From Paecilomyces variotii (taxonomy: Eukaryota), in the NCBI GenBank assembly GCA_004022145.1, contig RCNU01000003.1: DNA of 64,000 nt, one strand, 5' to 3'. Below are positions 1 through 12,635 of the stretch, in pieces. The number at the start of each line of letters is the position of its first letter. Position 1 is the stretch's first letter. The notes under the pieces were generated by a model that did no database searches, was not told where the DNA came from, and saw only the letters and a list, made by a program, of their open reading frames with translations. The position numbers and the translations under genes are program-made.

Positions 1-77
1 AGGAGGTCTTGTAACTCTTGCAAGTCGCCTGGAAAAGAGAAACCAGGAACTTCAGGTTGCTCTAATCCAGACGCCAT
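1..77 (-). CDS. Possible 5' end of a gene running off the window (MASGLEQPEVPGFSFPGDLQELQDL...)
   Basis: ATG at 77-75 in good context (caacATGG) after a CT-rich leader; frame is open to the window edge. Too short to identify. Confidence 0.3.
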   Translation of the reverse strand, partial: MASGLEQPEVPGFSFPGDLQELQDL

Positions 78-442
78 GTTGCGCGGGGAGGGGAAGACCC
101 AAAAGACGTATGAGAGCTAAGGAGAGTTGAAAGTGAGGAGGTTGAGGAATCGAATATGGCAACGAGCTCGAGTATTTCGCCTTCAGCGCTGGAGGCGTCC
201 GTGGTAGATGTCGTGCTTGTCAATGGATTCTCTCAGGTAAAGAAAGAAGATTGCAAAAGACTTTTGGGCAATAAATATGAAATGAGGTTTGAACACTTCA
301 CATTTAGCACTGGATATTTGTGCGTTAGGGACATTGCGGATGGAACACACGCAGATACTGCTCTTTGTTCAGATAACCTGGCGTTTGCTACATACGCCGA
401 CAAATTCCGTAGTTTCTTCAGAGAGCTTGTCTGTCTAATGCC

Positions 443-539
443 AAAAAAAAAAAAGAAAAAGAAAAAGAAAAAGAAAAAGAAAAAGAAAAAGAAAAAGAAA
501 AAGAAAATGAAAAAGAAAAAGAAAAAGAAAAAGAAAAAG
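443..539. repeat. (GAAAAA)n hexamer microsatellite preceded by A12
   Basis: About 14 tandem GAAAAA units, one of them variant (GAAAAT). Source of the spurious poly-K and poly-F ORFs. Confidence 0.95.
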
Positions 540-1172
540 TAACATTGCATTTCATACAAGAAAAGAAAATAATATAGGATGAAACATATAGGATATTCAC
601 AAAGTTACTTATTTCATGTCAAAAAAAGATTTGGTAAATTATAAAATTCCACTTATCAACAAAATCTATCGATATTAAAACCGACAAAGGCACAAACTAG
701 TAGAAAGAGATAAACAGCCACAGTGCTTCTTTAATACCCCGGACTAGGAAATAGATAAACCTGACAAAGAGAGCAAGGACCTGGCAAACAGTTCAGCTAA
801 AGGTGGAGCGGCCACATATTGTCAGCAGAACTTGCGAAGTAGTCTCATCACTTTCTACTGGATAGTTTTTGTGTCTATTTTTGAACAACAAAGAGCGCCA
901 CCATCATGTGGAACAAAGAATGAAACGCCTAGACATTACCCAATTGCTTGCGCAGCGCATGGAGTTATCCCTCCCCTTTGAAGGTGGATGAGTCAGCATC
1001 AGGCAATGCTGTAGTTAGGTAGTTATTACCTCTTCGCACACACCCAAAGCCCACAACTTCTATTAAAGACTTGACGTTCATGAATCTTTCTCTCATATCA
1101 GATACAGCTCAAACACTCCATTCTATCTGGTATTCCTCGCTAAACCTCGATATACAGAGAGTTTCAGTGGCC

Positions 1173-2413
1173 ATGTCATCATCCATTCGCCTGAAGGGCC
1201 GCCAAACTCTCAAAAGCATCAGCTCGACTTTAGACCTCAGAAAAGTCGCGCGAAAGCTCGGGAAGGACACGTCTAGCTTGAACTTCACTAAGGACTTTGC
1301 GCGTCAGAACACTCATAACAGCCTCAGTACTATATTCAATGCAGTCTTGGTGAGAGACGAAGAAGACATATACTTGGAGGACAAAGTTGCAAGTGACTTG
1401 TGTATCGCATTATGCGATCTTCAACTAGAGAATGAGGGACCCGAAGACCAGAATGGTTCCTCTTTTTTCAGTCCTATGTCATTAGACAAGTTGAATTCCT
1501 TTCCTTTTGATCAAAACTATGGAGCCACTGAGGGCTTTTTACGTGCATACGACTGCCAGGACGGGAGCAAGCCGTCCACAGCTGGAAGCCTCTTAGGTGA
1601 GCTGACTTGGTTAGTCGGAGGGGGTCGACGAATCTTTCCCGAAGGCAACAGGAAGACATACCTCCACCGAGCAGTGAACTGGAAGAATATGTGGGTGTCG
1701 CTTACTATGCCTATTAAGAGAAAGAAGAATATCTGATGGTTAACTGTGTCGTTAGCGGACTTTGTCCTGAGATACTCCGCGAAGACCTCTACGATGCGAT
1801 TGATAGCGCCGGGTTGCTTCGGAAAAAGGGCAGATTTGGAAGAATATTCAAAATCGCAAATGGATATTGCGCAGTGCCTTGGAGTGTTCGTGTTAACGAG
1901 CCGCACACCATGGTGACGATTAACCACAATTACACTGCCGATGAAAAGATATCACGAGCAGAGATCTTGACAATTGTTGCTGTTATGATGACACAACTGG
2001 AGCACGAACATCTTGAAGAGCATTGCATCCCTCCTGTAAGCATATCTGGAACGCTTCTCCTTAAGACATACACATTAAAGCTGACGTTTCTCTTCTTCAC
2101 GCGATCGCTTCAGGTAATGGTGGTCTCGTTTATGGACTCTCTCCAAGGAAGGATCTTGCAGGCTCACGTAACAGACAGCCAGCTTGTTATCAAAAAGTCT
2201 AAGCTGTATGATTTCGATGAACAGGCAGATTGCAAACGATCTATGACATTGTTTACGCAACATATGGCATGTGATAGAATCGGAAATACTCGTCAAATCG
2301 TAAGTTTTGACGAGGAAGAAACAAAGCGCAAAACCGCCAAGGCCAGGGATATGGAAATTCGAGAAAAGAATATTCCTTCCGATACTGACCCTAAATTCGA
2401 GGGGGAGGAGTAA
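1173..2413 (+). CDS. Hypothetical fungal protein, 3 exons
   Basis: ORFs 1071-1736 and 1736-2413 join in frame via GT-AG introns 1691-1755 (KN-I-GLCPE) and 2036-2113 (CIPP-VMVVSF). No recognisable domain. Confidence 0.7.
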
Positions 2414-3068
2414 AGTTGGCTGTCCAAGTTGGGGGCGGGAATGGTTCCCCTCAGATTAGAAAAGCTTTGCGGTATTGGAGTACTGGCTATACTCTCCGTG
2501 TCAAGAAAGTTGCCTTTTTCGGGATACTAGTTCTAGGGACTACTTAGTTAAGGGAGACTTGTTCTGGGGTTTAGATAAGCCAATATTATCGTCATCAAAG
2601 GTGTATCATCAAAGGTATCTTTAGTGCTGAACAGCAATTCCAGAGAGAATGAGAAGGATAGCATTCTTATTCAGGTACTGCTGAGCTACGGTAAAGTGTA
2701 CCACGACAATCTACAGGAGTAGTACGGAGTACATAACTGTACCTACTACTACTAGGTAACTAACTAGTAGTAGTAGAAGCAAGAGTCTGTTGACGTCGGG
2801 AATGATCGTCTATGGTCACGTGAAGTAGAAGTGGTCAGCGGCTGACTAAGCACAGTATACAAACAGAGCCAGATACGGCCTAGCTCCAGGCGGTGACATC
2901 GTCGAACTGCCCGTCTAGGGAATCTCATCACAGACAAAGCACCCGGCTGCGCTCAATAATACTGTGACACTGTACTTCTTTGCTTGCATCGTTTATCTCA
3001 TACATTCCTAGTTGCGACTACTCCATTTATCATATTGCACGAAATCTCTGCAGCTACGTCGGACAGCA

Positions 3069-4224
3069 ATGGCGGACGGCGGAGGCTGGAGCACTATCGA
3101 GTCGGACGAGGTATGGGCGCTTGCTGGACTAAGCTTCCTTTGAGCTCTGAGCATGGTCGCGGTGGTGTGTATGAGCTGCGCTAATAGAATCTAAGGGTGT
3201 TTTCACATCTCTGATTGAGAATCTTGGAGTCAAGGGTGTACAATTCGAAGAGCTTATTTCCTTGGATGCGGACACGATACGGTCATTAGGGTAAGTGCAG
3301 CATAGTTAGGCTCCATTACGGGAACCACCTGAAGTCTGAAGGGCTTGTTGTGCACGGATCGAACAGCTATTGATTTCGCTACGTATTCTACCTAGGCCAG
3401 TGTACGGCGTCATCTTCCTGTTCAAATGGATCGGCGGCCAGAGCCGCGATTCCACCACTCCGCAAGACGGCACATACGACCAGTCCGCCACAGAAGACGG
3501 GCTCTTCTTCGCAGCGCAAACGATCCAAAATGCCTGCGGCACGCAGGCTATCCTATCCGTGATCCTCAACCAAGATGATCCATCCAACACCCCCGCCCCC
3601 ATCGAGATCGGACCAGAACTCCGCTCCTTCAAGGACTTCACAACAGGATTCCCACCAGACCTCCGTGGAGAGGCGCTTTCCAACTCCGAAGCTATCCGCA
3701 GCTCACACAATGCCTTTGCGCGCGCATCTCCATTCGTCGATGAGACGGTTCGCACTGCCGCAGATGAAGAAGGCGACGTGTACCACTTCATCGCCTATAC
3801 GCCCGTCAACGGCAAGCTGTACGAGCTGGACGGCCTACAACCATACCCCATCAGCCATGGACCATGTGACTTGGATGCTTTCCCCGAGAAAGTGATCGAA
3901 GTCCTACAGCGACGCATTGCGCGCTATCCTGGCGACGAGATCCGATTCAACCTCATGGCGGTGACGCAGGATCCGCGAGTGCGGGCCCGAGAGATCGGTG
4001 ACGTAGAGACATTAGAGCGCGAAGCGAGAAAGAGACGTGCCTGGTCGTGGGAGAACACTCTGCGACGATGGAACTTTGTCGGTTTCATTGGCGAGGTTCT
4101 CAAGGGTGTTGTGGAGATGAAGGAGAATCAGGGTCCGGAGGCTTACGAGGAGTGGATCAAGAGTGCGAAGAATCAGACGAAGCGGAGAGCGGAGCAGAGA
4201 AGAGGCGGTGGTGGGTTGGAATGA
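3069..4224 (+). CDS. Ubiquitin C-terminal hydrolase, UCH37/UCHL5 (Uch2) type
   Basis: Exon 1 MADGGGWSTIESDE; introns 3111-3195 and 3291-3395. Catalytic Q/C in AAQTIQNACGTQA, H/D in YHFIAY...YELDGL, then FNLMAV and a C-terminal helical extension typical of UCH37. Confidence 0.93.
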
Positions 4225-4703
4225 TGTGAATCAGGGGGGAGCAAAGCCACGGCATCAATTTCCCCCTAGATGATGCTTCTTGCCGATGAAGACGAACGAC
4301 GGAAGGATAATGACGGGATCTTTCTTCAGAATCTTCGTCCTATTTCTTTAATCATATGATGCAGTAATGAATAACTGGGGAATTAACAATGTGGGAATGT
4401 AGGACGGTACGATAAGACATATGTTGATGTGACCTAAAAAAAAAAAATAACAGGAATAAATAGGATGAGCTCCTCTTCCTCACTTCTCTAGTTCGCTTAA
4501 TTAGAACTATTCTGACCCGCTTCCTGAACGGCTACAGTTCCTACTTCAACTGGGATACTATGAGGACCAAGTATCTCGTTGCAAAATGTATATACAAAAG
4601 AAATATCTTCGAAGTCTATGTACATACATACAACGGATATATACACAACGTAAAAGCTATCCTGACCAGCAAATATGCATGATCCTGTAGACATATCTCA
4701 TTT

Positions 4704-7511
4704 CTAATAATGGATCATAAGAGACTTTGCACGCTCGACCAGCTCCACGGGCAATTCTTCTTCCTTAACGACGCCCAAAGCCAGAACATCTGCCCAGAAG
4801 AAGAGTGCGCGGTCTTGAGAGTAGGCGAGGTAGTCAAATGCATCCGACTCGTCAATTTCGGGGTCAACAGGCGGATTACCGGGCTTTTGTGCTTCAGCGA
4901 TTGATGCAGCCGCATTGTTGTCGGCTCCGTTGCCGTTTTGGTCTTGTGGTGTCGATACTGCGGCGAGGGCTTCTTCCATTCCGGGGACTTTTGCCTGGAC
5001 GATACCCCACGCTACCCACATGGCGGAGTTAGCGACACGCCAGAGTCTTGTGTCGCGCATGAGGTTCTGGACTTCGATCTCCATGGATTCTTGGTCGAGA
5101 CGTTCGGCTTCAGTTAGGCCAAGAGCGCGGGCGCCAGGGCTGGATGAGAGTACGTCGTTGTCAAGTGAGAAGGGCGCCAAGCGCGGGGTAGTGACGGACA
5201 TGGGATTCAAGTAGGGTGTGGCATATGGCGAGGTGGCTGAGCGTTCGCTCACTTGAGGACGGTGGTCGACGTAGGCGCGGATGAAGCGGTGCTGCTCTTC
5301 TGGCGTTGGATATGCTCGTGTGTTGCAAGCCCAGGGCTTCTCTGGGTCGTGGTAATTATAGCACCATTCCGTCTTTGAAGGGTGGTTAGGATGATCCATA
5401 GACAATACAGGATGGGGGAAGACTCACAAAGTGATTAGCAAACTCCTGAGCGGGAGTGTTTGCCGATGCATATTCGAAATCAATGACCACAAGTTGTTTG
5501 TGTTCGTTGGCTGGAAGCATGAGAGGGGACTCTCCACTGGGCTCAAGCCTGAGGAGGTTTCCGTATTGAGCCTGAGCTATGTTAGCTAGAGGCATATAGA
5601 GGAACAGACGCATATTGCTTACATCGTTGTGTGCAAAGACGAGCTGCTGCGCAACCCCCTGCGATCCTCCACAGCTTGCGACCAGCCATTCGCGGTAGTT
5701 CTCGACTGCTTTCCTGAATACAGGCCATGGGACCCAACAGACGAAGCCCCTCCGCCGCCACGGTTCATACTGCGCTTTCCGTTCATTCTCTGGGGACAGA
5801 ATTTCCTTGTCTAGCCAGGAAATCACCTGCTCACAGCGGTCGACCCATTTATCCCAGTTGTTGAAAACAGAGGGACCGCCTTCCCGTTCTTCTTCGAGCA
5901 GTTCAATTCCCTCATGCAGCTCTCGCATTCGCTTTGCGATTTGCTTAGAAGTCTCGGGGATGCGCAGATCCACAGGCGTCAGTGTACGAGCATGGAAGAA
6001 TTCCTCAAATCGGCCATTGTTGAAGGTGCCCAGGACGCGAGGCCCGATATGCTTCTTTCCAAGCCGACGAAGGATCTGCAGCTCGTTTTCTCTGTCAATC
6101 AGATGTTCCACTTGGGGTCCGTATATACGGAGAAGAAGTTTCCTGAGAGCGAAGGTTAATATGCTTCACGCGATGAAATGAAGACCTAAACTTACGGTGG
6201 GGGTCTCCTGGGCACAAGGACGGGGGAGGCACCCGCGCTCTTCGAGGAAAATCCCTTAGGAGGTGCAACGACATAGACTGCATTGGTGAGTGCACCACTG
6301 AGACGAGTCACTTCAATTTCTGCACTCTTCTCCAAGGGCACTCTCCGCCATCCCTTAATACGAAGAGTGTGGACAATACGGAGGATTTCCGATTTGAAAG
6401 TTAGCCAATGCTCTTTCCCCCGTCTACTGTTGGAGCTCGTCTCATCAGCTTCGTCTTCTCCAGCACCGCCGCTATAAGCAAGTGTCTTGGAATTATCCAA
6501 CGTTGCATCAACACTTGGAACAACAGAATCGACATCCGCATTATCAGACTCAGAAATGGATCCTCGTCGCAGCCCTTTGAGACGTCGACGCGATCTCTTT
6601 CGTGCGACGCTTGCCAGCGGAAGCCCCTCTCGCCGCGTAGAAGCATACTGAAACAGAATCTCTTCGAGCTTCCCCAGCGAAAAGGCGCCCTCAGAACCCT
6701 GAGAGTCACTTCTGCCACGCTGAGCAGGTTTATCTATATCGGCTGCTGGACCCTGGTCCGGTGCGGGCGCCGAAGCGCTCTTCGCCTTGCGGGCCTTGCG
6801 TTTGGACTGCTCTTGTTGCAGCCAGTCAAACACTTGGGCAAAAAGGAAGTTCTGGGGATCCTCGTCAGTCGCTAGCTTCCCCAGTTGCTCTTCATCGAGG
6901 ATAGCAGAGGAAAACTGCGAAAAAGACGATGAAGAGTGGTGCATAGGAGGCCGTGCTGTCGTCTTCTTTCCCACGCTGGCCCGATGCTGCTTTGGACCCC
7001 AACCTTCTGCAGTGAGAACAGGCGTGGATCCATTCGTCGAATGCTGACTCTGGGCCAAGCTGTCGTTAGAAACTCCGGCTGCAGGCAGAGGTTCTGCGAC
7101 GCAAGTTAGACATGTTCATGATGATGCCGCAGCCCCAAAGGTGTATATGTCATAGACGATGTGCATCGATGACCCAAGTAAAAGGAATTTGGCCAATATC
7201 ACAGAATAAGAATAACAATTATGCAAGAGAAGTCAAGAATCCAGTTTGAAAATATTTCAATAACGAAAGGGGATATCGTAGAAAATATTCCTGTCAGAAG
7301 AGAAAAAAATTTTTAAGAAAAAGGAAAAGAAAAAGAGCGTTTATTCTCCAGCCCTATTGGAAAGGCCCCCGACAGATGGATGCCCGATCGACCATCCTCA
7401 AGATATAGATCGATTGCATACATATGACCAAGTTGACTGCAAGCATAGACTCTAGCACTTACCTACTCTGCTGCCCGCATGGGGGCTTCTCTCGTCGACC
7501 GAACCAGGCAT
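4704..7511 (-). CDS. Choline/ethanolamine kinase
   Basis: Motifs RLSGALTNAVY, LLRIYG, GRFEEF, FAHND-AQYGNLL and VIDFEYA across spliced exons. Exon 1 (MPGSVDERSPHAGSRV, 7511-7463) joins in frame through a 369-nt intron 7462-7094 (GTAAGT...CTAAC...CAG). Confidence 0.9.
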
Positions 7512-8616
7512 CTGCCCACTTCAGCGGTCGTCTGGTCGCGGGGAGAACACCGGAGATGTTGACTGTATGTCTTTGCGTGTATGGTATGTCCTAACGCGCT
7601 GTGGAAGCGCACAACAATGCCTGTTTTGTCGACGAGGCCGATGACGCTGAAAAGCCGGGGTGTCCGCTTCAGCAGTGGGAATTGAATCGCGATAGTTTGA
7701 CGGGAGCAAGTGGGGTTCTGTGCTGGGCGACAACTTTCCGCTGTTCGTAAAAAAGTCAAGCTTCGACGGAATCCCCGCTAACGATGCGACTGATAGGACT
7801 CATAGGAGACGCAAAGAGGGGAGAGTATGGGGTATTATTATTATTTTTCTGCTAAGTTCTCCAGCAGATAAAACTCCTCTTTAATCGGTTTAGAGTGCGA
7901 TAACCGCCCCCTGCCGCCGCTAAGATCCTTCCCCGTCTTCGCGATCTGTGTGTGGCGATACTGCATCAAATGACTACTGTAAGTAATACTTTCTTTGCTT
8001 CGCTACTGGATGTCTTCACCGCTATTCTCCTCTCGCCTTCGTTTGCTCGATTGTTATATCCAACCTGAAGAATGACACTATCATAGCGGGCATATAGCTC
8101 TATCACAGTCCAGCGTCCCGGGACGTCCGATCAAATAGAACAAAGAAGATAGTGGCGACTCTGGCTGCAAAAACTGCTTTATTGGCCCGCGCGTGCCAGG
8201 GAAGCTGATAAGCATGTTTGTGTCCACTCAGGGCTGCGTGCTATTGGACATCAGGTACCAATTCGCGTTTAGCAAACGGCTCTAAAACTTTTTAGTCTCG
8301 ACACGAGGTCTGGGGACCTTTCAGGATGTTCCAGAGAGCATGAAGAAGATAATTATCCAAGGCATGGTGGAACACTGTTGCGTCTTTCTACGGAACAGCT
8401 TATGACATATTGCTAGGCATTCTAGCTATAATGGTAACACGTCGAAGAGCATGGTGTACCCAGTAAACTGGTTCAATTTATTTACGGTCAATAGACTTCG
8501 ATCGACGAACGACGACGAAGACAATCTATTGGGACTGCTCAATTATGTGCCTTTCAGAAGCTCTTCGCTGAGGGCCTTTTTTTGCACACATCTCTAACTC
8601 GTGAGGATTTAGTTCA

Positions 8617-9033
8617 TCAAAACTCATCTGCTGAGGTCCGCCCTAGTTCTACGAGCCTCTGAGCAGTTTTGGCAAGCCCGCGAGAACTGGAAGTCCTCGT
8701 CCGGAACGCCTCTTCGATCTCGTCCAGAGACTTCCCTTTAGTCTCGTGCATGAAGAGGATGCAGACGATTGCCGTGAGAAGCATGCAGCCTCCAAAGAGA
8801 ACCCATGGCGCAAAGCTGCTTTTCGACAAGAGAATAGGGGTCGTCAGAGCTACGATGAAATTGGCAACCCAGCTACTCCCATATGCCAGACTACCGCGGC
8901 TCGCGTCCTCTGCGGCTGGATTTCGGAGATGTACCTAGACTTTGATGCAAACTGCCCAGATGATGGAGAATATGACTACAAACCCGTAGATCAAAACAAT
9001 GACTATCCAATGACCAACTCCGTGTTGCCCGTG
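8617..9033 (-). pseudogene. C-terminal relic of an MFS sugar-porter transporter
   Basis: Reads HGVGHWIVIVLIYGFVVIFSIIWAVCIKV, then stop/frameshift, YISEIQPQRTRAA, frameshift, SLAYGSSWVANFIVALTTPILLSKSSFAPW...HETKGKSLDEIE. ETKG-SLxEI is a sugar-porter motif. No N-terminal portion upstream. Confidence 0.8.
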
Positions 9034-9658
9034 CAAGTGCAAGCTGCTGTAGCTTCAGCGTGATTGTTCCTACGGAGAAATGGGGCCTTGGGAGGAAGCC
9101 CGAGTCGGAATGGTGAAATACTGGAAGGGAGGGGTAAGTAATCTATGCAATAGATACCGAAATTTCAACATTTTTTATCTTTTTGAAATTCAAAACGCAC
9201 AGACCATCACTGGGTCACCTAGTATTAAATAGCATAATTAAGCTATGCATCTAACCAATAGAATAATTTTCTTGTTGGTTAGTGTATTTCAAAATGTCAG
9301 ACACCTTTCTTTGCGAAATACTGACACAAAAATTCATGAGGTCCATGGCATTTTAAATTTCAAATACCATCCCTAAGCCCGACGAATACAGTTATCCATG
9401 CTAGAGGCTCAACTGCCTTGATGAAAGAAGTTTGATTTCTCCTCTTTTGCGACCTTCCATCATTCTTTTTATTGATACTGAATCTGCTAGTCTCGTTCCA
9501 TGAAGGTCATCCTTAGTATCTTTATAGGTATTCCACAATCTCATAAGGAAGCTCGTAAATTAATTGCACCACTGCAAGACCTTCCTTCATAGGGGCGAGC
9601 AACTTTGCACCTTTCAGCTCTACTCCTTTTTTCCCCTACTTTAATGATACCTAATACC

Positions 9659-11468
9659 ATGCGCAGCGCCTTCTCTCTATTTAAGAAGCAAAATTGGATG
9701 TCATCCTCTCCTTCCTGTCAATTGGCAACCGCTCTCAACCGGTCATCCCACACGGATTGGAACGCAAATGATGACTGGTTTCACTATACAAGAGGCCAAT
9801 TTCTATTCAATGAGTCTCAGGAAATGTCAATACGTTATGTCAGATTCAATATGAACGAGCTAGTGAAGCGCGCTGCTGAATCAGTCGGCTTGACGTCTGC
9901 ACAATGCGCTCGGGTTGAGAAGTTCCCTGACGGGATGTTCAACAAGACCTTCCTCTTCACAATGCACGATGGTACGCAAGTTGTAGGTAAAGTGCCAAAC
10001 CCGAACGCGGGGCGAGCTCACTACACGACTGCCAGTGAAGTGGCAACAATGGATTTTGTAAGCAGAAATCCTCAACTTGGTGTTGACCCTCACTACTCTA
10101 ACTTTATCTGATGCTTCACTCATAGGCTCGGAATGAGTTACGCACCCCGGTGCCGAAAGTGTTAGCTTGGAGCTCTAAAGCAGAAGACAACTCGGTTGGC
10201 GCCGAATATATTATAATGGAGAAGGTCGCCGGTATCCAGCTCAGTAAAGTTTGGCCCACAATGGGTATCAAGGAAAGATTTGAACTCGTGAAAACAATTT
10301 CCGGATATCAAAAAAACTGGATGTCGACACCTTTCACCCAATATGGAAGTCTCTATTACTCGTCTGACATGGAATATTCCGATCGATGTGACCTGGTGAC
10401 TGAGCATCATCGCTTTGCTGTTGGCCCGTCAACAGGCCGCGAATCTCTCGATGATGGTCGGATAGCATTGGATTTTGATAGAGGTCCTTGTATGACTTCG
10501 TAATTTTGCGATTTTGGAAGATATCTGCTTACACGATTATTCTAGGGAAGAGTGTAGAGCAGTACAAGTCAGCGATCGGCCTTCGAGAGATTGCATGTGT
10601 GCAGAATATGGCACGATTACCTCGATCACCGTTATCGCTATACGGGCCTGGCACGTATTGCCCTTCTCGTTCTAAAAAGATAGCGGCTCTCCAGAATTAT
10701 CTTCGTCTCGTGAAATACCTTATACCAACAGACCCATTAATCACGTCTGCCTTTCTATGGCACCCTGACCTCCACGCGGAGAACATCTTTGTGCACCCTG
10801 AAAGGCCAGCGGAGGTGTTAGGCATCATAGATTGGCAGTCAACTGAACTGTTGCCGCTCTTTGACCATGCCCGCCTGCCATACTTTCTTGATTACGATGG
10901 TCCTCAATCGACAGGTATTGATCCACCAGCCTTCCCGGTGGATTTCGACAAACTCGATCCTGCAAAGAAAGCTGAAGCCCAGGATTTATACCTGAAAATG
11001 TCACTCTCGGCATTGTATCGCAGGTTCACTTATAGCCATAACATGCCATTATTCAAAGCCATGGAATTTCGACAGACTGCCAGCTTTGAGATGCTACTTC
11101 TTGCTCAAAATCTCCTTATAGACGGGGAGGCATTATATCAATCTAGATGCCTTGATCTTGAAAAGGAGTGGACAGCCCTTCCGGGTGTGCAAGCCTCTGG
11201 CAACCCGCCGTTTCCATTGGTGTTTTCTGCGGATGAGGCTGCTTCGATTAATGAGGATGCTTCTGGCGCAATAAGAGGTATGGAATTAATGCGAAGCCTA
11301 AGGCAATCGCTGGGCCAGATGTGGCCTGACAAAGGTGTTGTACGGCCAGAGCAATACGACGAAGTTAAAAAGCGTCTCAAGCAAGCAAAGACGGAGCTGA
11401 TTGACCAGCTAGCACATTCTGAAACGGAAAGACTTGCGTGGGAAGAAGCCTGGCCATTCGATCGCTAG
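9659..11468 (+). CDS. APH/choline-kinase-like phosphotransferase (Aim9-like fungal family)
   Basis: Introns 10058-10125 and 10490-10545 join three ORFs in frame. Motifs GMFNKTFL, ASEVATMDF, GAEYIIME, HPDLHAENIFV, IIDWQ. Confidence 0.85.
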
Positions 11469-12049
11469 ACCAGCAATACTTGTTTTTTGCCTAATGAGCA
11501 CAGCCTCCGTCTTCCAGATATTAGGGTTGAGAGCAGCCGACTAACGCCAGGCGCCAAAGTGGGAAAAAAAATATCCTGGTTTGAATCCCGAAACATCTCA
11601 CACGTATTCGAGCACGTCTCAACCAAGTACGGGAATATCGGAGGAAGATGGGACATCTGTCCAGAGCACAAAACAAAGACTTGGACGTTATTTGACTCTG
11701 GCCTTCAAACTTCAGGTTTCTTGACTGTCATCCTTGCAGTTCGATATATTGGATCCGTAGCTGTCATGTCAGACTGCAGAACGACATAATCAATGCCAGG
11801 ATTGAGAGATAATTGAACCAACAATATTGTACATTACATTCTTCTGTGCTCGCGACTTTCACGCAAGATATATCTAGTTATATATAGTATTATCCGCGTT
11901 AGTACTAGACTACACAGATATACCAGGCCCTAGCTTTAGGCTTAACAAGATGCTTCAAATCGTTGAGAAGATTATAATCTGTGTGTATACTGGTATAATC
12001 ATAAATTCTAGCTTCTTGCAATATTAGCTTAATATTTAAATATTCTTTA

Positions 12050-12051
<2 letters not shown>

Positions 12052-12082
<31 letters not shown>
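12052..12082. repeat. T31 homopolymer in an AT-rich intergenic stretch
   Basis: 31 consecutive T; a short (TATG)n run follows at about 12246-12270. Confidence 0.9.
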
Positions 12083-12084
<2 letters not shown>

Positions 12085-12635
12085 ATTACGCAGTACGTAT
12101 TTTAATATATTTCTAGACTAAATAAATAAACTATAGCTAAATTTCAGGGCTTTTATTACGATAGAGAAAGCTCTAAGAACTAAATAAACAATTGATCAGC
12201 CGATCACAACTGACTCGAGTGCTTCATGCTGGTCGAGAACAAGCTATGTATATATGTATGTATGTATGTATTTCAGGCTTGGTCCACGGAATTCAGTTTT
12301 TCAGCTTAGCCGATTCGAAGCGGGAGAGAATAATGTAGTCTATCGTATGATGATGTTCGCCCAGTTGGATGGATTGCAGTACGTACATACTAGCTTAATT
12401 CAAACCGCTATTCAGTATAGTTAAGTATACATTGTTGCGGCCAAAGTCTTGGAATAAGCTACCGCAAAATCCTGTTCAAACTTTCAATCTGCCTAATTAC
12501 ATACTTGGAACTTATCAACCCAACACCAAAAACCATACCAAAGTGATTTGTTACAATCTGCCCAACTTATACCAATCATACAACCATCCTCCTGGAGACA
12601 CATGACCAATTTACCCTCTTCACACGCACATTCCT

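Noticed and set aside
156..600. Poly-Lys, poly-Phe and FS-repeat ORFs
   Set aside because: They are translations of the (GAAAAA)n microsatellite.
11880..12200. LINE/SINE 3' end at the T31 tract
   Set aside because: No reverse transcriptase remnant, Pol III boxes or target-site duplication seen; only AT-rich sequence.
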